DNA from: Selaginella moellendorffii
Taxonomy: Eukaryota; Plantae; Lycopodiophyta
Assembly (NCBI RefSeq): GCF_000143415.4
Contig: NW_003314368.1
Span: 144,792-208,791, forward strand
Reading direction: 5' to 3'
DNA: 64,000 bases
Both the position numbers and the translations under genes were made by a program. The notes beneath the pieces are model-generated. The model saw only the letters and a list, made by a program, of their open reading frames with translations. It had not been told where the DNA came from and ran no database searches. Of the stretch, positions 1 to 12,176 are shown one piece after another (the first letter of the stretch is position 1; each line of letters opens with the position of its first letter).

Positions 1-93
1 ACGTCTTAACTCTCACACCGGTGAATAATCCATTAAATCACCTTTTCAGGGATCTAATGGTCTCTAGGGTTTAGTCGCGAGTTGTGAATAGGT

Positions 94-1230
94 ATGGCAA
101 AGGAAGAAAAGAAGAAGTCCACACGGAGGTACGCTCCTTACAAAGCCAGGACGTCCAAGAACCGAAGTCATGACATTGTGGAGATCTTGAGCAGGCTGAG
201 GTACGCTCTGGTGTACGAAGATGGCAGAGTCTTGGAGGTCTGGGACATGGAGAGGGATCGCTTTGTCAACTACAAGCTGCCATATCCGTCCCAGATCAAA
301 GGTAATTTGTGTGGAGCCGCGGGTGGAATCCTCTTCTTCAAGGAGCGGACAACTATATCGGCTTGGAATCCGGTGACTGGCTTCACCAAAGAGATCGATC
401 CTCCATCACTGGACGCGGAGTTTCTCGTTATTGCAACGCCTATGTCCCACAGGCTGTGCAAGCTAAACTCGAGCCTCAAGCTCGAGGCAGTGGACGACGC
501 TCCCCCGGCGCAAGAGTGGACGGGGATGTGCTACCTGGGCGATCGATTCAACCACGACTCGGGCATCAGGCTCGAGTGTTCCACACGCCTGATGTACTCC
601 CACGTCCTTGACACTTGCTCTCTGCAAGCGCTGGACGTTTCGAAAGCCCACATTCTGCCAAGAACAATTGGTGTCCCCAGGCCCGTCAAAGGGCGCAGCT
701 TTCATCTCCCTCCCAGCGCCGGGAGCGTCAAGTACCGCTTCTTCCAGCTCGAGCACGACGTTTTCGCGTGTGTTTCCATGGAAAAGCGTTTGCACTTCGA
801 AGGGTGCGTGAGGATCTGGCTCTACACCCCCAACAAGAAAAGAACGAAGTTGGGAACATGTCCGGCTTGCCGTGCTACAAGGATGTCCCAGGGGCGCGTG
901 GATCTGGAGCAGCCTTTCTGCGCTTGCAAGAGCAACGAGAACTGGGAGGATGTATCGAGATTGCCGGACAAGTACGTGCATGGGCTGATGGCGGAGTCGG
1001 GCTCGCAGGGTGGCGGCTGCAGCTGGTTTGCCTTTGGGACGGGTAACGTTGTTTTGGTGGCTTTTGTTTCCACCAGTGGCGATTTGAGTGGTTGCAAGGA
1101 CGTGTTTTGCTTCAAGCTGGCGTCAAGAGATTGGAGTCGTGTGGCCAATCCATTCAAAAGATCTCATGGTGTCAAATGGAACAACATGAGCTCCTGGTGC
1201 CCGAGCTACTATGATCTCGACATGGACTAA
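94..1230 (+). CDS. F-box-associated/kelch-like beta-propeller protein with only a remnant F-box
   Basis: 378-aa intronless ORF; DIVEILSRL resembles the F-box core; GGILFF...WNPVTG and WEDVSRLP resemble plant F-box-associated repeats; telo-box at 65-72. Confidence 0.6.
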   Translation: MAKEEKKKSTRRYAPYKARTSKNRSHDIVEILSRLRYALVYEDGRVLEVWDMERDRFVNYKLPYPSQIKGNLCGAAGGILFFKERTTISAWNPVTGFTKEIDPPSLDAEFLVIATPMSHRLCKLNSSLKLEAVDDAPPAQEWTGMCYLGDRFNHDSGIRLECSTRLMYSHVLDTCSLQALDVSKAHILPRTIGVPRPVKGRSFHLPPSAGSVKYRFFQLEHDVFACVSMEKRLHFEGCVRIWLYTPNKKRTKLGTCPACRATRMSQGRVDLEQPFCACKSNENWEDVSRLPDKYVHGLMAESGSQGGGCSWFAFGTGNVVLVAFVSTSGDLSGCKDVFCFKLASRDWSRVANPFKRSHGVKWNNMSSWCPSYYDLDMD

Positions 1231-1316
1231 GGGATATAGCATATATCCAGGGACATTCTTGTCTCAGTAACAGCTGTGAAGTTAATAAGAACACAACCAA
1301 AGAATACAAGATCTTA

Positions 1317-2747
1317 TCAAAATTCAACACAAGATCTTGCCTTGTTACTCCAGCTAATCAAAGTCAATCGATCGCTGCTCCACTGTCCTCCATTTTGTGA
1401 GAACGGCATCGTCTCCACGATCTTCATCGCTTCTTCCAACCTGATTCCCACGGCCCAGAGAACCGGTATGCTCTGGAGCACTGGATCGATCTCGTACTGA
1501 TCACCACGTTGGTTTTGAGGCGGCCCTTGTCTTCCAACCTTTAAAACTGAGAAAACACGAGCTCGGTGCTTCAACCTGCTAGGAACGCGTATCCGGTCTA
1601 GGAATGGAATCAAATACCTGGTGAGCTTGAGACATGCTTCCACACTTGCCGTAAACATCCACCAGAGAATTTGCAACGATCTCATGGAACAGCGACAGAT
1701 TTCTCCGTGAAGTTTCCGTTCACTTTGCAGCGCTACCAGATTCGCAGAAGCATTGAGAGCAGCCACAAAAGTTCCAGAATCGGGCCGTCACGCTGCACAC
1801 GAGAGAACAAGTTTAGAGCCATCGCGACGTCACCGTTTTCTACATACCCCAACATCAAAGTGTTACCATGCATCCACCATGGTCGAGTACATTTCCACCG
1901 CGCGTTCATCACAAGGAGGTCCAAAGGAAACCCTTGCTCTTCGGCTTTTGAGTGAATGGCAACTCCTTGCTTCAACGAGAACGACATTTCCATCAACATC
2001 CTCGCCCTCCTCTTCCGCCGCCTCCCGCAGGCCTTCAAAGCAGCAACTTAATTCAGAGAAATCGGGATTCAAGAGACAACTTACTTTCGACTTGTTCGGC
2101 ACCATCGTAGTTCCACGGCCTTCATCTCCTGCGGTTTTCAAGCTCCATACCACGAAAAGGTCCGAGCCATAGCCACGCTTCGCCGCTTGCTCTCGAGCTT
2201 GAGGGTCTTCCCTTGCCTTCTTCTTTTCCGAGGGACAAGTGCATCGTTCTAGCATCTGACGAGCAGATCAAACCATGCTCAACGTTCCACATCACAACAT
2301 CATCGTGGACAGAAGTCCTCTCGAACAGCCTGCGACCATCCATGTAGTATCGAGGTCCTGACAAAACAGTTCGTGTCACCGCAGCCTCAACATGAACAAA
2401 CATACCTTTCGAGCTTGTCCGAGCAGTGCCTTTGCATGGATGTCTAGTCCCGTCCCTTAAAGCATCCGCTACGAAATCTCCTCAAACGGCTCCATTCTGT
2501 CAAAAACCATTCGAGCATCAGTCATCGCCGAAATGAGCTCGAGAACGATTCCCCAACAGCAAGGCATTCCACACGACGACGTCGAAATTCTGGACCGATC
2601 GAGCGATTGATAGGGATTTGGGAAGGAGGAGAGCGTTCCTGTAGCGGAGGGGAGATTATCTTGTCGCGGAGCTTCAGCGAGGACTTGCTAGTCAGAGAAT
2701 TCCACACCCGAGCTTGTCCTACCGCATTGCTTCAATGCGCTCGCCAT
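1317..2747 (-). pseudogene. Deletion-riddled copy of the PLS-PPR gene at 14731-17424
   Basis: Near-identical patches in broken frames (IHSKAEEQGF, NTLMLGYVENG, YEIDPVL, LEEAMKIVETMPFS, MFVHVEAA); start context gatcATGGCGAGCG matches 14727-14740. Confidence 0.9.
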
Positions 2748-3547
2748 GATCCTCCCTTGAGTAAAGAACCCTAGAAATCTTTTAAATATGGAAGTCCAAG
2801 GAATCGAACTCCGCCTGAGGTTTAAAGTTCCCCCCTTCTTCTCTTCTCTTCAATCTGGCATTCCTCCGGGGGCAAATTCTAGGGCGCGACGATCGTTCCG
2901 GTTGAGCTTTCTCGCCCAGGCAGGTGCACTCCTGCCTAATATTCTCGCTTTCTCTAGCTTTCTCGCCATTCTTGCTCGATCTTATTGTGCGAGCGATGAT
3001 CTTGTTTGTTCTTCGCGATTGCAGTGCCACAGCAGAGCCAGACAACCATCGCGATCTGGTTTGTTGTCGGATCGTGCCAGGCAAGTAGAATTTCTCGTTC
3101 TTGCTCGATATTTTGATCGATGATCTTGTTCTTGCGCTTCCAGTACCGGCCAGTGCCACACCGGAGCCAGACATCGATATTTCAATCTTATGTGCGACCG
3201 ATGATCTTGTTCTTGTGGAATCACAGCGGAGCCAGACATCCATCGCGATCTGGTTCATCGTCGCATTCGCATCGTGCCAGGCAAGTGGAATTTCTCGCTC
3301 TCTTCATTCATGTGCGATTGTCGACCAATGATCTTGTTCTTGCGCTTCTGTGCGATTCTAGTGCCACGGCGGAGCCGGACATTGGACATCAACCATCGCG
3401 ATCTGGTTCGTCTTTGCATCGTGCCAGGCAAGTAGAATTTCTCCATTCTTGCGAGCTGATATTCGTTCTTATTCGCGACCGATGATCTTGTTCTTGCGCT
3501 TCTACGTGATTCTAGTGCCACAGCAGAGCTGGACATCGGGCATCAAC

Positions 3548-3888
3548 CTTAACAGGCTGTGGCTCGCCTATTAACTTGATCCAACCATTGGCAGTTATCG
3601 GATCGAATCAGGTTTTTTGCGAGAACATGGCTGACAACTGCCAGGTTCTCCAGAACCCAGCTGCCAGCTGCCAGGTTCTGGAGAACCAGGTTACCAGCTG
3701 CCAATTCTGGAGAACCCTCTCATCCTTGAATAACATTCTTCCACATGTCCGTTAACAGTCTCACCACAGCCTGTTAAGGCTGTTCCCGGGCATGGGCTCG
3801 CTCGTTCCCTCCAGAACGTGCTCGCCGGGCTAACACCCGGCTCGCCCGTTCTAGGTGGGAATGTGCTTGCCCTACCCAGGAACTGCCT
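3548..3888 (-). mobile_element. Non-autonomous ~340-bp double-hairpin element, copy 1
   Basis: Interrupts one repeat unit cleanly (CATCAAC|insert|CATC); internal inverted repeats CCTTAACAGGCTGTGG/CCACAGCCTGTTAAGG and GTTCCCGGG/CCCAGGAAC. Confidence 0.8.
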
Positions 3889-4426
3889 CATCAAGATCTG
3901 GTTCGTCTTTGCATTGTGCCAGGCAAGTAGAATTTCTCCATTCTTGCAAGCCGATATTTGTTCTTATTCGCGAGTGATGATCTTGTTCTTGCGCTTCTGC
4001 GCGATTCCAGTTCCACAGCGGACATCAACAACCGCGATCTGGTTCGTCTTTGCATCGTGCCAGGCAAGCAGAATTTCTCCATTCTTGCAAGTCGATATTC
4101 GTTCTTAGGTGACTGATGATCTTGTTCTTGCGCTTCTGTGCGATTCTAGTGCCACAGCGGAGCCAGACATCAGACACCAACCACCGCGATCTGGTTCATC
4201 TTTGCATCGTGCCAGGCAAATAGAATTTGTCCATTCTTGCGAATCGATATTCGTTCTTATTTGCGAGTGATGATCTTGTTCTTGCGCTTCTGCGTGATTC
4301 CAGTTCCACAGTGAAGCCTGACAGCGGCCATCAACCATTGTGATCTGGTTTGTCTTTGCATCGTGCCAGGCAAGTAGAATTTCTCCATTCTTGGAGTCAA
4401 TATTTCATTCTTATTCACGAGCGATG

Positions 4427-4743
4427 AGGCAGTTCCCGGGTAGGGTGAGCACGTTCCCGCCCAGAACGGGCGAGCCGGGCATTAGCCTGGCGAGCGCATT
4501 CTGGAGGAACCAGTGAGCCCGTGCCCGGGAATGACTTTAACGGGCTATGGCGAGACTGTTAATGGGGAAGAATGTTATTCAAGGATGAGAGGGTTCTCCA
4601 GAATTGGCAGCTGGTAGCTTGGTTCTCCAGAACCTAGCAGCTGGCAGCTGTGTTCTGGAGAACCTGGCAATTGTCAGCCACGTTCTCGCAGAGAACCTAA
4701 CTCTATCCGGATTAAGTTAACAGGTGAGCCACAGCCCGTTAAG
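4427..4743 (+). mobile_element. Same double-hairpin element, copy 2 (opposite orientation)
   Basis: Reverse complement of 3548-3888 with scattered substitutions and small indels; inserted at GCGATG|ATC of a repeat unit. Confidence 0.8.
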
Positions 4744-7700
4744 ATCGCTTTTGAGCAATTCCAGTGCCATAGCGGAGCCGGACATCGAGATCCACTAGCG
4801 CGATCTGGTTCGTTGTCACATTGTGCCAGGCAAGTGAAGGTTTCCCTCTCTCGCCATCTTTAGTTCTTATTGTGCGAGCAATGGCACTTCTGTCAGATTT
4901 CAGTGCCACAGCAGAGCCGATCAACCATCGCAATATCTGGTTCTCACTCCGTCAGCTCATCATGCCAGGCAAGTAGATTTCTTGCGCTCTCTATTCTCTT
5001 TCTTATCGTGCAAGCGATGATCTTGTTCTTGCGATTTCAGTGCCACAACGGAGAGCCTGACATCGAACATCAACCAACGCGATCTGGTTCTCACACCGTC
5101 GTTGGTTCGTGCCAGGCAAGTAAACTTTCTCGCTCCCTCCATTCTTGCGATATTTCGTTCTTATTTGCACGTTTCCAGTGCCACTGCTATACGAGCGATC
5201 TTGTTGGTGTGCTTATTTGCAATTCCAGAGAGCCTGACATCAAACATCAACCATCGTGATCTAGTCAACTATCATCGTATAGTCACAACACAGGCAAGTA
5301 AAATTTCCTGGCAGGATCATTCTTTTTATCTAGATTCATCTCTCACTTCTGCTTAGAACAGAATGGATCTCATGTTACTACCAGACAAACCAGAACTTCC
5401 TTACACAGTTTGGCGACCAACAAAAATATCTGACCACCATAAAAAATGTAAAGTGGTGCTTCTCATAAAAGAAATCATAATGAAACTCTTCCATTGGAGT
5501 GGTTTTGTCTTAAAACCAGAAGCCCACACTATGGAAACCAAGGCGTGGCTTTTTAATAGCAGGTATTAACATGGTTTCTTTGGCTCCAAAACTAACATTT
5601 GAATTGTAGGCTTTATCCCATGCTATGCAAGCTTGTCTTTGCAAAACGAAGCAAAAGCTACCTCGACTGCTCTCCAGGCTTTTGGAGCATTGCTCTACAC
5701 ACAATTCCAGGCTCTCCTTTTGTTGAGCTATTCACAAAAATCCCATGGTGAGTTTTTACTCTTTCTGTTTCTTTTATCATAGGGATTGACTTTCCATTCC
5801 AGGATACTGTTGGGAGGCTTTCCAAGTCTTGTCCCACTCCGAGCAGAGTACGCTTTCTTTTGGGTGGCCATACGAATGGCTGGAGTCTCTGGTTTTTCCG
5901 CAAATTGTTCCCGTTTCAAGAGATCAACTATTAAAAGCTCAATGAAGAGAAGAGGTACGTTCATGGCTGTGTGAAGTCAATTACAATTTCTCTTACAGGA
6001 AGAGTGACTGAACTGTTGCCAAACGTCGAAATTGAGTGAGATCGAATTCCATTTTTTTTATATCCCGTGGCTTTCGGCGGAGAATTGTTCTTGTGTTCGT
6101 CCGGCCTTGTCAGAACTTATCGAGTCCCACGGCTGCTGAGGAAGATGCAAAAATTAACTTCTCTGAAAGCCAACCTTTTGCAATCTTGTTTTCTATCAGA
6201 GACCTCAATATCAAAGCTTGGAGCAATCGAATCTGCGAAGAAGGATAGCTTTCAGTCGAGCGAAGAGAATTAAACAACTTGCGAGCAGGAAAACGAGAGA
6301 GTTTGCGATCGTACCTCGAGAGCTTGCTCGATCAATCGCCGGCTCTTGACGTAGTCGCCATTCCTGTAGTGGCCAAAAGCCACTGAGTAGAGAATCCCTC
6401 GCGTTTGGAGCGGTCAGCCTTCTTATCAAACGCAGCTATTTGTAAATTCTCTCGAGCTAAATTCTTGCTAGAAATCCAACCAAAGGCGAGAAAGAATATC
6501 ACAGACCTTCCAGCATCTCAATGCACGACCGCCCAGGCGAGGCGCATAACTCCGTCCTTGGCGACCTCACCGCTGAAAATCGTTGCTCTCCCTGGTAAAA
6601 AGTCCTAGGGTTCTCAAAAAAAAACGCCAACGTAAATGCATTATTCCTATTTCTGGTTTAAATAAATCAGAAAAAGGCTAAACTTCCAAGTGCTAATTTG
6701 GAACTTGTCTTACAAATTACCCCCTCCCTAATTTTACTTTTGGAGATTGATTTCAAATCATATAGAGCTAGATCTAAGCATATGGGCGTCATTCCCTTGG
6801 GGGTCATTCAGGAGCTCTAGCAATTCGAATTCTCCTGCCTTATATATCTTAGGGTTTCAAAAAGGATGCTGGAAAACCCGGGAGAATTTAAATTTGTATT
6901 TAGTTTAGAAAATACAATTTCAAAACCCGAGAAAAAGAGGAAACGTTTGAATGGGATAATCTTGGGGCGTGTATAAAACCAACCAATTCGTGAGGTGCAC
7001 TCAAAGACTGGGCTCTTTGATGGGAGCCATGGCCACTGGCCATGACCGTACGGAGCACGTACGAACCCGAGCCTGGCCCAGGCCCGGCAGCGGTTTTGCG
7101 GTTTTGTTAATCTTGGGCGAGCGGTTAAGTCAAAAAAGGATGGTTTTTACCCTCGAATTCTTATCGCGGGAATATCTCGGCCGTCGGATCGCCTCCGTAC
7201 GGCACGCCGACGGACGTGATCATCCGGGGGTGACCGGCAGTTGCCGGTGGTGTACCTCATCTCCCCGTATCTCTCATTTTCCGGTAGACCCTATACCCTA
7301 TGTTTTTTGTGTGTTCTTCGATGTTGCGAGGTTTTTCTTCTCCGCAGTGATCTCCCCCTCGCTTCTTCTTCCAAGATCTTCGACGAGGCGGCGTAATTTC
7401 GCGGGCGCGATCCTGTTGCGTGCGCGATCTGTTCACGCCCCAATTCGCCCAGATTCGGGCAGAGGTTTATGGTTTACCGGGGGTTCTGCCAATGATACAG
7501 TATCGAGGCGCGGCAATTGGAGCAAGATCTGCGCTGCCGGCAGCCGATTGATCCCAGCTTCCCCTGGAATGTGAGTATTTTCCTGGAATGGATCCACAGA
7601 ATCGAGGCAGTGGGAGCGCTAGGTTATTGGGATACACGAGTAGGCTCGCCAGGCCGCGGTCAATGCGTGCGCGACGAGTGCGCTGTCTCAAGGTTTGTAT

Positions 7701-7863
7701 CGTTCTTCCATTTGAGCGGAATTTTCGAAAGAAGAGAGGAAAAATATTTTGCTACTAATTTCGTGGGTTTGTCTTCCAGGAGAAGAGCGGTACGATCCAG
7801 CAAGTGAAGCAGGGTACGGAGTTCTTTGAACTTCTGGCAGCGGTTGCTGGGCAGTTCCTTCAA

Positions 7864-9540
7864 GATGGAGGCGAACCGGAGCGCGGTGGTGATGGATCCA
7901 AGCCGGCCTCCAAGCATGGTAAGTTTGGAGCATTCTTTCTCTTCTTTTTCGCTTGTGGTCGGTTGTCTTGAGTTGGTTTTTTATCTTATGGTTTTTTCGT
8001 TTTCCTCTTTTGCTTACCTAGGTGGTTCGTTTCGCAAGAGACGGTACTCTTCTTTCTCACACAAAGGATCAAAGAGGACAAAGGCAGCGGACGATCTGGG
8101 GAGCGCGTCGCAGGCATCTCCAAGTATGATGAGCCTCGACTTTGAAGGTTGGTCTAGTCAATATTGTCTCTCCTTTTTACTGTTCTTACTGCTGCCGTAC
8201 TTGCAGCCAAGCCTGGTACCTCCACCCCGACGTTGAGTGGAGCGTCTTCACCTCGGAAAACAGGTAACTCTTCTAACCTTTTACTTTGCTGGAGCGTTAT
8301 TTTAGCTTTCTCATGTCTGTGGTGGTTGGTTGGAGCAGTCAAACTGAGCATCAAGTCATTCACGGTTCCGGAGCTGCTCATTGATATGCCCGAGTCCGCT
8401 ACGGTGGCTAGCCTCAAGGCAAGTTGAAATACCTCTCCGCGTCATGAAATAACCTCGTGCCTGCTGTGCACAGAAAGCGGTTTTGGACGCAACTACTAAT
8501 CTCTTGGGTGGCGGCCTGAAGATCCGTGTGTTCTTGCACGGGAAGAGAGTCCCAGATGAAGAGGCCACGTTAGCCCAAGTTGGTCTTTCCCAGAATGGCA
8601 AGGCTGGATCGCTGGGCTTTATGCTAGAGCCGGCGTCTTCCTCGAGCTGTGAGGGGCCGCTTTTGGCGCTATCTCAGCAGGGATCATGGTAAGGAGAATT
8701 ACAAACGAAATGGTGGCTAAATCGCATGTTTGAACTACAGGTACACAGCCGACGGTAGCTGGGTGGTGGAAGATCAGGAGAAAACGGAAGATAACGCCGA
8801 GCAGAAGCCGGACATTGACGCGAAATGGACTGGTACTCATCTGGTTTTACAGGGCTATAAGAACAAGTTCCAGAGTGTGACTGATGAAAGAACATATAAA
8901 GCACGGTTCGGGGAAACCACATCACCACAGCCGGACATCAAGCAGTGCGAGGCTACCAGTCCATCGCTGATGCGAGCTTTGCCTCTTTCAGAAGCCGAAG
9001 GCCCTGGAGGACTAGTGCAGCGCGCGGCGGACAACTCGCAGGGCTTGGCGCTGGTGTCGCTGCAAAAGCAAATGTCGCTGGAAGGCACGAAGAGAAGGAT
9101 ACGGAGGCCGTTTACGATCGCCGAGGTGGAAGCGCTCGTCTTCGCCGTGGAGAAACTCGGCCTTGGAAGGTATGGGCTTTTCGCTTTTTCTTTTCGTTTT
9201 TTTTATTCCTGTTACTTATCCAACCTCCATGTGTGCCTCGTGTCTCGTGTAGGTGGCGCGACGTGAAGTTATGGGCATTTGATCAAGCAAAGCATCGCAC
9301 TTATGTCGACTTGAAGGTAAAGCATCGGTTTTTTCTTTCTCCCTCGCGCAAAGTCTCATAAACGCTTGCTGGTTCTAACAGGACAAGTGGAAAACTCTCG
9401 TGCACACTGCTCGGATCGCTCCCCACCAACGCAGGGGCGAGCCAGTGCCGGAAGAACTCCTGGAGCGAGTGATCAAAGCACAGGATTACTGGACTGCGAG
9501 GCAGGCCAAGCAACAAGCCGAATCAACCGCGGCAACTTAA
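7864..9540 (+). CDS. Telomere repeat-binding protein (TRFL/TRP1 family; ubiquitin-like domain + Myb/telobox + Myb-extension), about 8 exons
   Basis: VKLSIKSFTVPELLIDMPESATVASLK, RRIRRPFTIAEVEALVFAVEKLGLGRWRDVK, RTYVDLKDKWKTLVHTARIAPHQRRGEPVPEELLERV; start codon uncertain. Confidence 0.9.
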
Positions 9541-10002
9541 CTTCCACTACCTCGTGAGGTACTGCTGGGCTGTGTACATAGATATATAGATGATCCAACA
9601 CCACCAGGCTAGCAGCTCTTGGAAGTAATACTAGCGTTACCTTAACATCGTCATCGCCATCATCGTCAACACCACCACACAGATCAAAACTCTTCACTCT
9701 CTCGACTCCAACTCTACTCTCAAGCTAAACACCAACGAAAGAAGAAAAAGAAAAAAAACAGGAAGAAGAAGACCATTCTTTTATTTTTATTCTTGTTGTA
9801 TCACCTCTTTAACTCCCCAATTGTTCTGTACATCTATTTGTATAGCAGCAATAAACATCTATACAAAAACAAAACAATAGAAACATCAACATTGTGAAAA
9901 AATGCAAAGAAAAAAAAAATCGTTACTTTAGAAGATCTCTTCTCTACACGCATAAAATATGAGAGTGTTTTACGTACGCGACTGTTCTTCTTGGATGGCT
10001 CT

Positions 10003-11936
10003 TCACTCGGCGGCTGCTTGCACCGAGGAGTCGTCGTATTGCCACGGGTTGAAAGTGATCCCTGTCTGATCCACTCTGTCGCCGCTGGATTCCGCCTCGA
10101 CCTTGGCACGGTGCTCCGCGTACTTGCCGTTGAATTCGTAGATCTCCAAGTCACCCCACGGCGTCGTACTGACATCTTCCGTGAGAGTAAACCACTTTGG
10201 CGTGAACTTCTCGGATCTCGACTCACGGACTTTCTTCTCGGCTCGCTGCTTGTCTTCCATCCTAAGTAAAGAGCATTTGGATTAAGTCAATGTCAATCGA
10301 GAGTGCTCGAAACGAAAGAGAAAAGTGTGCTAACCTTGACTTCTCAGAGCCGGCTTTGCTCATCTCGCCCTTCTCCAGAGCGTAACGGTCCGGTCTCAGG
10401 CGTGAATCCGACGGAAGTAGCCCGTTTGGCGCCGTGTCGAAGCTGTTAATCTTGTGAGCAAAATGCGTGTACTGGAACTTATCGTTCTTGGGAACGTCCG
10501 CTACTCTCCACACCTGCATCAATTACAACCAGGTAAAAGATCCCTATATAACGATTCTCCATATCGCTCACCTCCTTCAGCTCAGATCCTGCTAACGGCT
10601 CGCCTTCGGAATCGCAGGGCTGGTAACTCATAAATGAGTTCCACTTCCCCGTAAGCAGAAGCTTGGGCTCCTCGTCCTTGTTGTAAACGTAGCCATCGAC
10701 CTCATAACGACCAGATCTTTGCAAACAAACAGTAAGTACTACGCACATCAAAGAAAGACTCTGATTTTACCCAAACCAGCCACAGGGTTGAAAATAAAGG
10801 ATCACTTTGTCGCCAGTCGTGAGATTTGTCACAACATAATCTCCGGGAGAGTCTATCCACGTTCTGCCAAATATCAAATTATGCACCTTTGTTGGTGGCG
10901 GTACTAGATCAAGTACCACGCCAGATTTTTTTAGCACAACTCGCGTCCTGAGAAAAAAGAGGCTCAGCCAACATTTTCAGGCATCCAGAACAAAAATCTC
11001 ACCTTCCAACTGGGTAAACGTCGACAGAATTCCCGAGAAATTTTGTTTTCAGCTTCGAGGTGATGTCATAGGTGAAGTGCTCGTTCTCCGCATGTCCAGA
11101 GCTCATCGGAGGATGGTGACTGACCTACAGAACAAAAACTTATAGAAGACCAGCCACAAAAGCGAGGAGATCAAAAGCACCTGCTCGGCGAGGAACGTTA
11201 TGCCACTATGATTCACCATTTCATACGTCTCCCCGAGAATAGGATTGAAAGGCTTCCACGGCCGCTCGTAAGCATAATATACAGAGATAGCCCAGCACGC
11301 TGTAGAAGAAAACAATCCGAATCAGCACCCCAGGCTGAGAAAGAAAGAGAATTCACCACTTACAAGCATAGACCATCCTCAAGTATGGATCTTCGCACTG
11401 ATCAGCGAGGTCCAAAAGGTGTGCATACTCCATCAACTGTAGATAGAATTTACAGCTTTGCATCAAGGAAAAAGTTTTTCTTTACCTCGGCCATTCTTTG
11501 GAGCATCGTCATGGGCTCAAAAATCAAAACTGGCAGTGTCACCATGGAAGTGACGTCCGATCCAATATACTTGTGCATCATTTTCCAGTAGCTCTCACGA
11601 TCCTATCGATCGTAAAGACCAAAGAGTGAGGAAACAAACAAAAACAAGTATTGAAAGAACAAGAAAAAGAACAAGGGAAGACTTACTTCTTGCTTGAAGC
11701 GGCCTTTGAGTGCTTCGCTCTCGGCATCCTCTTGGCCGCCTTCGGGATTGATAACCTCTAGACCCTCCACGCCGCCCAGCATACTGGACAGAGATTCCTT
11801 CAGCTCTAGCTAGAATTGGACGCTGGATCTGATCGATAGATACGCACCTGGAGACCGTGGCGCTGCTCCACGACCTAATGCTCGAGATCCTGTTCGAAAT
11901 CGCGGAGAAAAATCCGCCATTCGCGTTGCTCGCCAT
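10003..11936 (-). CDS. ORP3: Oxysterol-binding protein-related protein (ORP3 type), multi-exon
   Basis: [20 protein letters not shown] assembled across an intron, [20 protein letters not shown]. Confidence 0.92.
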
Positions 11937-12176
11937 CGCGGCGCAAGACGATCGAAATATTTCGCCCTCTCTCTTTTCCAGGGTTTCTTGGAAGATGCCC
12001 GGGGATATTCCGAGCGCGTGAGATGGGACGATCGTACGGATGTGGAAGAACTGCAAACAACGGCTATGATTGCTAGATACTTTAAATTCGTAAAGTGCGA
12101 GAATATTCACCAAGAGATGGTTAGTTTTTAATTTTCATTTTATAAAGTAACTCATATAACTCAATTATCTATTTAA

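Larger units (their letters stand above)
3000..5300 (+). repeat. Tandem array of 11 exon+intron-like units (about 140-200 bp each)
   Basis: Recurrent CCAG|GCAAGT-type sites at 3081, 3281, 3428, 3923, 4064, 4216, 4370, 4830, 4969, 5116, 5294; pyrimidine tract GATGATCTTGTTCTTGCGCTTC..YAG before each exon-like block. Confidence 0.9.

Noticed and set aside
3000-5300. CRISPR-like array
   Set aside because: Eukaryotic context, no cas genes, and whole units are homologous with no unique spacers
5363-6608. Cluster of short minus-strand ORFs, possible orphan gene
   Set aside because: No recognisable motif or convincing exon chain
6969-7574. 201-aa ORF
   Set aside because: GTG start; overlaps the probable promoter/5'UTR of the TRFL gene; no protein-like features
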